Below, piece by piece: positions 8,451 through 16,419 of a DNA stretch of 64,000 bases. The number at the start of each line of letters is the position of its first letter. Within the stretch, counting starts at the first letter, position 1. A model generated the notes under the pieces. That model was not told the origin of the DNA. It saw only the letters and a list, made by a program, of their open reading frames with translations, and did no database searches. Source of the stretch: an uncultured virus (IMG/VR IMGVR_UViG_3300045926_000127). Taxonomy: Duplodnaviria; Heunggongvirae; Uroviricota; Caudoviricetes. The stretch lies in the IMG/VR virus record IMGVR_UViG_3300045926_000127. One strand, given 5' to 3'. The position numbers and the translations under genes are program-made.

Positions 8451-9810
8451 CCAACGCGACTGGTCAGGACAAGCCAAGCCCGGCTTGGCCGCGTCAAGTC
8501 AAGCCAAGCCCAACAAGTCGGGCCGAGCCACGCACGCCCCGTCAAGTCGCGCCACGCCTAACATGCCCGGTCGCGCCGCGCCGAGCCTTGCCCCGTCTCG
8601 TCCCGTCGAGCCAAGTCGTGTCTTGCCGAGCCTCGACTAACGCGTCCGGACTTGCCCAGCCATGTAGCGTCGCGCCCAGCCGGGCCTTGCCTTGCCACGC
8701 CCATCGAGCCGCGCTCCGTCCGGCCGTGCCCTGTCGCGCCAAGCCGAGCCATGTCGCGCCCAACGCGTCGAGTAGAGCCGTGCCGGGCCGTCGCCGGGAA
8801 AAGCTTCGCGATGCCGTGCCGCGCCCAGCCATGCCGAGCCTCGACCGACGAAGCCTTGCCCAGCCTTGTCATGCTTTGCCGTGTCAGGTTGCGCCATGCC
8901 ATGCCTCGACCAACGGGTCCGGCCGCGCCATGCTAGGCCGCGCCAAGCCGAGTCCGGACCAACGCGCTTTGCCAAGTCAGGACGAGTCCGGTCTAGCCTT
9001 GCCGGGCCTTGTCAAACGAGCCGACCCGTGTGGAGCCGGGTCAGGGCACGACGAGTGGAGCCATGCCGTGTCCAACGAGTCCGGTCCCGTCTGGCCGCGC
9101 TCTTGCTTGTGCCGAGCCATGCCAAGCCCTGTCGCGTCCAACGAGTCGGGCCGGGCCTTGCATGTTCGCGCCAAGCCAAGCCCCGCCATGTCATGCCCAA
9201 CGAGTCTTGCCGTGCCAAGCCGCGCCGCGTCCGGCCCTGCCCCGGGCCGCCCGTACCAACGCGCCGTGCCTCGCCCAGCCGCGAGGAGTGAAGCCGAGGC
9301 CAGCCGCGTCCAACAAGCCGCGCCCTGTCGAGCCGTGCCACGCGGTCCCGAGTCTAGTCCTGACCAACGCGCCAAGCCAAGCCAAGCCTCGCCTCGCGCT
9401 GTCTTGACCAACAAGCCACGCCGGGCCAAGCCGCGCCGAGCGACGCCCGGCCGGGCCGCGCCTAGACCAACGAGCCGAGCGACGCCCCGTCAGGTCGTGC
9501 CCTGTGAAGTCCCGCCAAGCCGGGCCGAGCCTCGCCAAGACCAACATGCGGTGCCGTGCGGTGCCCAGCCGCGCCACGTCTTGCCCGGCCGAGCCGGGAC
9601 CACCGTGCCGCGTCCCGCTGTGCCGCGCCCCGCCGTGTCCAACAAGACCCGCGAAGCCAAGACAAGCTGTGCGGAGCCGAGCCTTGTCATGCCATGTCCA
9701 ACGAGCCTCGCGATGCGATGCCACGCGAAGCCTTGCCGAGTCCCGCCTTGCCCAACATGCAATGTCGAGACAAGCCGTGCGGAGCCGAGCCTAGTCCTGT
9801 CCTGTCCAAC
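8451..9810 (+). repeat. Pentamer-coded array, block 1: about 23 units of CCAAC-(NN-GYC)n; candidate guide-RNA array
   Basis: CCAAC or 1-mismatch variants at 8451,8510,8558,8637,8701,8760,8845,8910,8959,9013,9072,9138,9197,9256,9310,9364,9408,9467,9541,9600,9639,9698,9752,9806; spacing mostly 5n+4. Confidence 0.9.
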
Positions 9811-9837
9811 GCGCCTATCAACCAGTGGAGAATTAAA

Positions 9838-10080
9838 ATGTCAGACGATATCGAGAAGAAGTGGACGAAGGTCGCCAGCGACTTGCTACTCAACCGCAAG
9901 ATCGTCGGCGTCAAATACATCAGTAAAAGTGAAGCGAAGTCCCTCGGCTGGTACGGGCGCTCGCTCTCGATCACACTCGACAGCGGCTTGGTCGTGTATG
10001 CGTCGCAAGACGACGAGGGCAATGGTCCCGGCGCTCTATTCACCACCGCAGAGAAGGCTAGCGTTCTGCCGGTGCTGTGA
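9838..10080 (+). CDS. 80-aa hypothetical protein embedded in the array (SQDDEGNGPGALFT motif)
   Basis: GGAG RBS, non-repetitive sequence, stop codon abuts the next CCAAC. Confidence 0.8.
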   Translation: MSDDIEKKWTKVASDLLLNRKIVGVKYISKSEAKSLGWYGRSLSITLDSGLVVYASQDDEGNGPGALFTTAEKASVLPVL

Positions 10081-10562
10081 CCAACAAGACCCGCGAAGCC
10101 ACGCCAAGCCGGGCCGAGCCAAGACCAACGCGCCATGCCAAGCCGCGCGATGTCCGGTCGTGCAATGCCGGGCCAAGCCCTGCCTCTTCCAACGGGCCGA
10201 GCCGCGCCGAGCCGAGTTGGTTGCGCCATGCCGCGTCAAGCCCAACGTGCCTGCCTTGCCGGGCCTCGACCGGTCAAGTCACGCCCAGCCGGGACCAACA
10301 GGTTGCGCCGTGCCCCGTCTCGTCCCGTCGAGCCAAGTCCAACATGCCCCGCCGTGCCCGGTTAAGCCCCGTCGGGCAACGCCCAGCCGAGCCTTGCCGT
10401 GCCCGGCCCAACGTGCCGCGTCCGGCCATGCCAAGTCAGGTCGCAGCCGAGCCCGGCCCAACTTGCCGTGCCACGCCTTGCCCGGCCGAGCCCTGTCAAG
10501 ACCAACGGCGCCGGGCCGTGCCCTGTCATGCCCTGCCCTGCCGAGACGCGTCAGGACCGCCA
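10081..10562 (+). repeat. Pentamer-coded array, block 2: about 9 units
   Basis: CCAAC at 10081,10125,10189,10242,10295,10339,10408,10458,10502; terminal CCAATG overlaps the next start codon. Confidence 0.9.
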
Positions 10563-10946
10563 ATGTCGAGAAAGCGAAAGTATGTCCGCATGCCCGAGCG
10601 GCTCGCCGCCGCTCTCGCATGCTTGCTCACGCAAGAGGAGCGCGACGCGCTTCGAGCGAGGAGAGCGCCAGCACGCGAAGTGCTCGCGCTTTTCACCTTC
10701 GATCACATCGCGCTCCATGCGTGGGGCGGATCGGATCGCTGGCACAACCTCGATCCAAAGCGCCGCGGTCTCGCGCTCAAGAAAAAAGACGCGGCCGATA
10801 CCAGCCGCGCATTCAAAGCAAAGCGCATCGAAGAAAAGTGGAGTGCGTTCACCCGCGCAATGGCGCGCGGGAAAAAACCCAAACGAAAGGACAGCCAATG
10901 GCACCGCAACAAGCGCCGCCCGAATACGCCGACGAAATACATCTAG
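10563..10946 (+). CDS. HNH-like protein (degenerate)
   Basis: FDHIALHAWGGSDRWHNLDP resembles HNH DH...GG...NL; last metal-binding His not evident. Confidence 0.6.
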   Translation: MSRKRKYVRMPERLAAALACLLTQEERDALRARRAPAREVLALFTFDHIALHAWGGSDRWHNLDPKRRGLALKKKDAADTSRAFKAKRIEEKWSAFTRAMARGKKPKRKDSQWHRNKRRPNTPTKYI

Positions 10947-11104
10947 GCGATGGACTCTACTGCGCTCTCAATATGTTCGGACAAATCCGGCTCCGCGCGC
11001 CTCGCGGCGAGGGTGACCACATTTGCTATTTGGAGCCGGAGGTTCTCGCAAGCTTCCTCGACTGGTGCATTCACAAGAACCTCATCAAAGGATTTGACCA
11101 GTGA
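10898..11104 (+). CDS. Small hypothetical protein (HLGDGLY), paralog A
   Basis: AAAGGA RBS; similar to the next ORF. Confidence 0.7.
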   Translation: MAPQQAPPEYADEIHLGDGLYCALNMFGQIRLRAPRGEGDHICYLEPEVLASFLDWCIHKNLIKGFDQ

Positions 11105-11289
11105 GCCCCAACAAACCCGACGCGGAAGTCCATCTAGGCGAAGGCGTCTATGCGTCATGGTCAGGCAATGAGTTGCGCCTGATGTGGCGGCATCGCGTCA
11201 ACAGCGCGAACCGCATCACGGTCTATATCCCGGCGAGCGGCGCGGCGATCCTCGCGGCTTGGCTTGAACTCACGCGAGGCAAGCAATGA
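11101..11289 (+). CDS. Small hypothetical protein (HLGEGVY), paralog B
   Basis: GTGA coupling; similar to previous ORF. Confidence 0.65.
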   Translation: MSPNKPDAEVHLGEGVYASWSGNELRLMWRHRVNSANRITVYIPASGAAILAAWLELTRGKQ

Positions 11290-12230
11290 TCGAAACCCTC
11301 GTATGGCATCAGGACATCGGCGCGATCTCCGCGCCGATGATCCTCAAGGACGTGCCCATTGATATCTACCATGGGCAATGTTGCGCCGGGCCGAGCGTTA
11401 GCTCCACCAACTTGCGCCGCATCTTTGAAGCGAACGGCGGCTCGCCCGCGCATTGCTTCTCCGAATGGAGCGGCAACCCGCGCAAGGCGGAGAGCGAGGA
11501 CGAGGAGCGCGAGCACTTCGTGACCGGCCGCGCTGTTCACCATTTGCTCCTCGGGCAGCAAGCCTTCTCGGCGCACTTCGCTATCCGGCCCGAGAAGCGC
11601 TGGACAAGCTGGCGCACCGACGACTCGAAGAAATGGCGCGCGGCGCAAGAGGCGGCCGGGCGCTCATGCCTCACCGAGACGGTGGTAAAGGACATTATCG
11701 GCATGGCGAAAAGCTTGGCCGCCGACCCGACCGTTCGGCGTGGCTTGCTCGGCGGCAAGATCGAGCGCTCGATATTTTGGTTCGATAAGGAGTCGGGCCT
11801 TTGGTGCAAGGTCCGCCCCGACGCCATCCCAACCGATAGCGGGGACTTCGCCGATCTCAAGACGACGACCAGCGTTCAATACGGCAACCTCGCGCGCGCT
11901 GTGCGCGAGCATGCCTACCACCAGCAAGCCGCGCTGGTGTTCGAGGCGGCGACGCTGGTGCTCGGCATTCCAGCGGCGGCCTTCTCCTTCACCTTTTGCT
12001 TCGTCGAGAAGAAGCCGCCCTACTCGGTGCGACAAGTCGCGCTCAAGGCCGAAGACCTGGCCCTCGGCGTGAAGCTAAACCGCGCCGCCCGGCTCCGCTT
12101 CGCTTCATGCTTGAAGCAAGGGCGCTGGCCCGGTCCCGGCGACGGGCACATTGTCAACATCGACCTCGGCGACCGCTATCGCGGTGAGGCCGTGAGCGCG
12201 GCCGATCAAATTTTCAGAGGAGGAGAATGA
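11286..12230 (+). CDS. recE: Exonuclease VIII/RecE-like PD-(D/E)xK nuclease (DUF3799 type)
   Basis: SSTNL, GRAVHHLLL, CKVRPD...DLKTT...YHQQAA motifs. Confidence 0.85.
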   Translation: MIETLVWHQDIGAISAPMILKDVPIDIYHGQCCAGPSVSSTNLRRIFEANGGSPAHCFSEWSGNPRKAESEDEEREHFVTGRAVHHLLLGQQAFSAHFAIRPEKRWTSWRTDDSKKWRAAQEAAGRSCLTETVVKDIIGMAKSLAADPTVRRGLLGGKIERSIFWFDKESGLWCKVRPDAIPTDSGDFADLKTTTSVQYGNLARAVREHAYHQQAALVFEAATLVLGIPAAAFSFTFCFVEKKPPYSVRQVALKAEDLALGVKLNRAARLRFASCLKQGRWPGPGDGHIVNIDLGDRYRGEAVSAADQIFRGGE

Positions 12231-12529
12231 TGCCGGTATCTGTCGGGCCAGCTTACATCGCCGCCCTCAACGATAAGACCGATCGTGTGGTGGCGCTAGC
12301 AAACGAAGCCATGAAGCTGCTCGCGGGCATCGACGACGACGAGGCGCACACCGCGCTCACGCTCGTGGTGACGGCGATGATCCTAGCGACCGCTCCACCC
12401 GGCAAGGAGCACGCCGCCGCCGACGCCATGAAGCGCACGGTCCTCGAAATGCTGGACCGGCCCGACATCGTCGAATGGATCAAGCAAGGAATTAAGCACT
12501 TGCCGCCAACCAGCAGGAGGAAACAGTGA
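12227..12529 (+). CDS. Hypothetical protein
   Basis: GAGGAG RBS, coupled ORF. Confidence 0.65.
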   Translation: MMPVSVGPAYIAALNDKTDRVVALANEAMKLLAGIDDDEAHTALTLVVTAMILATAPPGKEHAAADAMKRTVLEMLDRPDIVEWIKQGIKHLPPTSRRKQ

Positions 12530-12825
12530 TGCTCAAGCCCGTTTGCTTTCCTTGCCGCCGCTTCTTCCGCATGCGCAAGAGCGGCTACTACTTCACCGAA
12601 GGCATGCCGCGCGACGGCTCCAAGCGCCCGCCCGCTGGCAAGGACGCCGACGCGCACTGGAAGCCCTACAAAATTTGGTGCGCCGATCTGTGGGAATGCG
12701 AAGGCTGCGGCACCGCGATCCTCGCGGGCTCCGGCTTGTCGGCGATAGCCGTCCAGCACGAGGCCGACTTCGCCGAGGTCCGCAAGCAACTCGGCGCGAC
12801 TCAGTATCAGGTTAACGACTGCTGA
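12526..12825 (+). CDS. Hypothetical Zn-binding protein
   Basis: CFPC and CEGC pairs; AGGAGG RBS. Confidence 0.65.
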   Translation: MMLKPVCFPCRRFFRMRKSGYYFTEGMPRDGSKRPPAGKDADAHWKPYKIWCADLWECEGCGTAILAGSGLSAIAVQHEADFAEVRKQLGATQYQVNDC

Positions 12826-12842
12826 AAAGGAGGAGAGAAGCC

Positions 12843-13349
12843 ATGTCAGTTTTCCGTTGCCCGCAATGCGGGCACGAATGGCGCCAGCCGAAGGAAGGAT
12901 ACAACGGCGCGCTCAAGCCATTCCTTGAGCGGGTCGTCGCCATGGGAAAGGACGGCCGCACGCTTGACGAGATCACCGACTATCTCATGAAGCGCGACGC
13001 CGACCTTTTCCTCTCGCAAGATTACGAGACGATCAGCAGCAATAGGCAGCGGATCAAGGCCGCCGCTCGGCAAGCGCTTCGTTCTCATGGCATCGCCATT
13101 CCGCAAGGGGTCGCCAACGATGTGCGGCGGGAGAAGGCGCGTGCGCGCCGAGCGCTCATTGTGCAACAGCATGACGAGCAAGGGATGCTGTTCAAGGAGA
13201 TCGCGCAAGTGCTCGGCATTTGCACGCAGCGGGCGCACCAGCTTTACCGACTCGAAAAGCGCATCAGGGACGAGCGTCATGGACCAGCACCGCAAGCGGC
13301 TAAAGGATTCGCCACCACCAGCAAGGAAGAGGAAGACGACAATGACTGA
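12843..13349 (+). CDS. Putative DNA-binding protein with C-terminal sigma-4-like HTH
   Basis: GMLFKEIAQVLGICTQRAHQL; strong RBS. Confidence 0.6.
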   Translation: MSVFRCPQCGHEWRQPKEGYNGALKPFLERVVAMGKDGRTLDEITDYLMKRDADLFLSQDYETISSNRQRIKAAARQALRSHGIAIPQGVANDVRREKARARRALIVQQHDEQGMLFKEIAQVLGICTQRAHQLYRLEKRIRDERHGPAPQAAKGFATTSKEEEDDND

Positions 13350-14472
13350 CGAACACACTACCGACCATACGCCTGTCACCCGCCGCGACTTGCACGAGCA
13401 AAATATCGACAAGGTATTTCCCGAGCGCTCGCGCGGCGATCTCGTGCGCGTCGAGCATGGCAAGCTTGAGTTTGCCAACATGACGGAAATGATGAACGCC
13501 GCGAAAATGTTGAGCATGGCGACCGTCACCTTGCCGCAATGGCTGCGCGGAAACCCCGGCGACTGCTTCGTCATTCTCGGCAAGGCTTTGCACTGGGGTT
13601 TCGAGATCAGCGCGGTCGCCAGCCAAATTTACAAGACCGTCAGCAAGTCGGGCGTCGAGCGCATCGAGCACCAAGCGCAACTGGTGAATGCGCTGATCCT
13701 CTCGCGCGCCAAGCTGGCGCGGCGCCCGCGCTATATGTTCAGCGGCGAAGGCGAGAGCCGCCGCTGCACATGCACCGTCTACATTCGCGGCGAGGAGAAG
13801 CCGTTCGTCTATGAGTCGCCGCCGATCTCGCAGATCTCGCCAAAGAACTCGCCGCTATGGGCGACCGATCCGGACCAGCAACTCGCCTACTATTCCATCC
13901 GAGCGTGGGCAAAGCGCCATTCACCCGAGACGCTCATGGGCGTCAACAGCGCCGACGATATCGTGGAGAACGAGCCGCTCTCCGCGCCCGCGCCGCTCGC
14001 GCTCGCCGAGCCCACGGCGGCGCTCCATCAGCGGCTAGAGCAAGCCGCCGCCGCCAGCAATGGGGAGCCCGGCGAAGGCTTCTCCGAGTCCGCCATTGAG
14101 GAGGCCGTGCGCGAGGCCAGTGGCGTAAATGCCACAGCGCCCGGCGGGCCAGCGGAGCCCGCTGGTGAGCCGGAGCCGGGAGGGGATAGCCGAGGCCAGC
14201 CCGAGCCGGAAAAGCGCACGGGCGCCCGCCCGGCCGCGAAGGCGAAGGCGGCCAAGGCGGAGAAACCCCCCAAGGAAAGGCCGCTGCCGACCAGCCCCAC
14301 GGAATACCGCAAATGGGTCGCGGGCTGGCTCCGCGAATATGACGACGAGGCCAAGATCGCGGAGCGCTGGCGCACGGAGCGGCGGCTCCGCAATGCTTGC
14401 GGGCTGATCGAAGAGGACCGCGAGAAGGTGCGCGCCTTGGTCGACAACCGCATCGCCGACATTCGCCGCTAG
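13342..14472 (+). CDS. recT: RecT-family single-strand annealing protein
   Basis: LRGNPGDC...W...AVA...QLVNA...SPLW..DPDQQLAY...RAWA.RH.PE..MG motifs; close to RecE. Confidence 0.85.
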   Translation: MTDEHTTDHTPVTRRDLHEQNIDKVFPERSRGDLVRVEHGKLEFANMTEMMNAAKMLSMATVTLPQWLRGNPGDCFVILGKALHWGFEISAVASQIYKTVSKSGVERIEHQAQLVNALILSRAKLARRPRYMFSGEGESRRCTCTVYIRGEEKPFVYESPPISQISPKNSPLWATDPDQQLAYYSIRAWAKRHSPETLMGVNSADDIVENEPLSAPAPLALAEPTAALHQRLEQAAAASNGEPGEGFSESAIEEAVREASGVNATAPGGPAEPAGEPEPGGDSRGQPEPEKRTGARPAAKAKAAKAEKPPKERPLPTSPTEYRKWVAGWLREYDDEAKIAERWRTERRLRNACGLIEEDREKVRALVDNRIADIRR

Positions 14473-14646
14473 GGCACGAAGCGTGGCGAAGTCCGGTGCT
14501 CAAAAGGGGACGCCGGAAGCAAGGCGGGCGGCGGGCTTCGTGAACCCTACAAGGCCCATGCCGCCGCCCGCCACCCTTCGACACCACCAATGAGGAACCG
14601 AACGATGATGATGACTTTTCGCTCAAGCAAAGACAAGGACCCACCC

Positions 14647-15090
14647 ATGAACCCGAACCCGCTCGATCAAATCCGGCCGCCGCAGCCGGTGCCGATTCCC
14701 GCCGCGCTGGCGCGCCAGCGCTCGGAGATCGCGGCGCAAGCGGCGCAGCAAGCGCACGAAATGGAGCAAGCGCTCGAAGACAGTCACGCCCAGCTTATGC
14801 AAGCGAGCACCCGCGTGCATTTGCTCGAAGCCAAGCTCGAAGAAATTAAGGCGCAACTTCTTGCGCTGGCCGACGAGCGCGACTGGCACAAGGCCCGGCA
14901 CATCAGGATCGAAAACTCGCTACGCAATTCGGCCTCGATCTTGCTCGATGTGCTGCGCGAGCCGATGCCCGAGAGCGTCGTGGTCGAGCATCAGACCGAC
15001 CCCGAGCGGATCAAGCAAGCTGTCGAAGGCATCGAGCGCGAGCTAGCGCAAGCGACGGCTGGCAAGGAGGAGAGCAAGTCGAGCGGCTGA
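14647..15090 (+). CDS. Coiled-coil hypothetical protein
   Basis: AAGGA RBS, heptad-rich sequence. Confidence 0.65.
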   Translation: MNPNPLDQIRPPQPVPIPAALARQRSEIAAQAAQQAHEMEQALEDSHAQLMQASTRVHLLEAKLEEIKAQLLALADERDWHKARHIRIENSLRNSASILLDVLREPMPESVVVEHQTDPERIKQAVEGIERELAQATAGKEESKSSG

Positions 15091-15153
15091 AAATTCGAAC
15101 CCCTCGCGGCTTTCGTGTCCGCCTGCCAGTTGGCCTCGCTGGCCGCGAGGGTA

Positions 15154-15191
15154 GAGCCGGAGTGTGGTGCCCCCCGCTCCGGCTCGCTTTT
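15154..15191 (+). terminator. Possible intrinsic terminator
   Basis: GAGCCGGAG...CTCCGGCTC stem followed by GCTTTT. Confidence 0.4.
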
Positions 15192-15221
15192 CTTGCACCG
15201 CAATTTTCAATTGGAGAACTC

Positions 15222-15539
15222 ATGACTCAGCAACAGCGCCTATGGCTTGCATGGGCCGTGCTCGGCACGGCTTTGGTCCTTTCCATCACCGCCGCCTTTC
15301 AAGCGCGCGCCGAGGTTTGTCACACCAAGCGGCAAATAAGCGACGCAACCTTGGAGCGGCGGCCGGGTTACCGCTGGCAATGGCGCAACGTCGATGCTCG
15401 CCCTTGCTGGTATTATTCCAACCGCGTGCTGCCCGCCGAGGAGTTGGTTTGGTCGTTCACGGAGCGCGAATTCAACTCCGATGTTGACCGCGTCATCCAG
15501 CGCAAATTCTACACGCCGGAGGAGCTAGCCGATGACTGA
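15222..15539 (+). CDS. Hypothetical secreted or membrane-anchored protein
   Basis: GGAG RBS; signal-peptide-like N-terminus ending ARA-E. Confidence 0.6.
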   Translation: MTQQQRLWLAWAVLGTALVLSITAAFQARAEVCHTKRQISDATLERRPGYRWQWRNVDARPCWYYSNRVLPAEELVWSFTEREFNSDVDRVIQRKFYTPEELADD

Positions 15540-15732
15540 CAGGAACACGCTCGACATTAATTGCATGACGGTCGAATTAGCAGAAGGCATTTGGCGGATC
15601 ATGCTGGTCTTTGACGACAACTTGACCTTCTTCTCCGCCCGCTCATGGCGAACGCACGAGGAGTGCGACGCCTTTCTCGCCACGACCAAGATCGGCCTCG
15701 GCCTCGACCGCTCGGAGCGCTTGCTGCAATAG
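15532..15732 (+). CDS. Hypothetical protein
   Basis: GGAGGAG RBS, overlap coupling. Confidence 0.6.
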   Translation: MTDRNTLDINCMTVELAEGIWRIMLVFDDNLTFFSARSWRTHEECDAFLATTKIGLGLDRSERLLQ

Positions 15733-15739
15733 CACCACC

Positions 15740-15780
15740 AAAAAGGACCGCCCGAAAGGATGAGGAGTATTTCGGGCGGC
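15740..15780 (-). terminator. Terminator at the convergence of early and late operons
   Basis: CCGCCCGAAA...TTTCGGGCGG stem with AAAAA on its left (U-tract on - strand). Confidence 0.55.
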
Positions 15781-15830
15781 CAAGTTATCGGCGAGTCGGG
15801 AGGACAGCATCGTCGGACTGACTCGCCGAA

Positions 15831-16145
15831 TCAGTTTGGCCCTCGATGACGCACTTCCATCAAACGAATGCACTCAAGCCCGACAATGACGATCACCGCG
15901 ACCAGCGCATAGCCGACCGTCGATGCGCCGACGAGCCCGAGGTCGGCCGCGTGCCCGGTCCAGATCATCGCCGCCCTAAGTGCCGACACTCCGGTCAGCA
16001 CTCCGAAGAGCACCAGCCGGATTCTTGATAGGGTCGTCGCTCTGCTCGGATCGAACCTCAGTATCGCCGCTAGCTGAATCGCGAACGCGAGCGCTCCCGT
16101 CCCGAGCACCAGCGCGAGCAGCGTTTGATACGTTTCCGTTGCCAT
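15831..16145 (-). CDS. Membrane protein in lysis cassette (3 TM)
   Basis: Three hydrophobic segments; GGAGGG RBS. Confidence 0.65.
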   Translation of the reverse strand: MATETYQTLLALVLGTGALAFAIQLAAILRFDPSRATTLSRIRLVLFGVLTGVSALRAAMIWTGHAADLGLVGASTVGYALVAVIVIVGLECIRLMEVRHRGPN

Positions 16146-16419
16146 TGCTGAACCCTCCAATTTTTTTAACCACGAACCGGATCAGCACATCGGTGAGCAC
16201 GAGCGCGCTCATGCCGCACAGAAAGCCCGCGACCGGCTCGGGGAGATCGAGCCAATGCGCCACCAGCGGCGCGCCATAGTTCGCCATGAACACGCCAGCG
16301 ATCACACTCGCAATGGCTTGCGGGAACCCCTGCCAAAACACCAGCGCATTGACCACGCCGCCAGCGAGCCCGGCGAACATCAGCTTTAGGTTCAAGCCAA
16401 GGTCGGTTTCTATGTTCAT
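15976..16419 (-). CDS. Putative holin
   Basis: FAGLAGGVVNALV...AGFLCGMSA TM pattern directly after the endolysin. Confidence 0.65.
   Translation of the reverse strand: MNIETDLGLNLKLMFAGLAGGVVNALVFWQGFPQAIASVIAGVFMANYGAPLVAHWLDLPEPVAGFLCGMSALVLTDVLIRFVVKKIGGFSNGNGNVSNAARAGARDGSARVRDSASGDTEVRSEQSDDPIKNPAGALRSADRSVGT

Noticed and set aside
8451..10562. Canonical CRISPR array
   Set aside because: No 23-47 bp identical repeats with unique spacers; the constant element is only 5 nt plus periodic triplets; no cas1/cas2
8435..11104. 889-aa ORF and many overlapping ORFs across the array
   Set aside because: Pro/Arg/Ala/Cys-rich translation is a by-product of a 5-nt GC-rich repeat lacking stops; period 5 does not fit a codon repeat; only 9838-10080, 10563-10946 and 10898-11104 look like real genes
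14473..14646. tRNA or other known ncRNA in the intergenic hairpin region
   Set aside because: GC-rich stems are present but no cloverleaf or T-loop/CCA pattern could be supported
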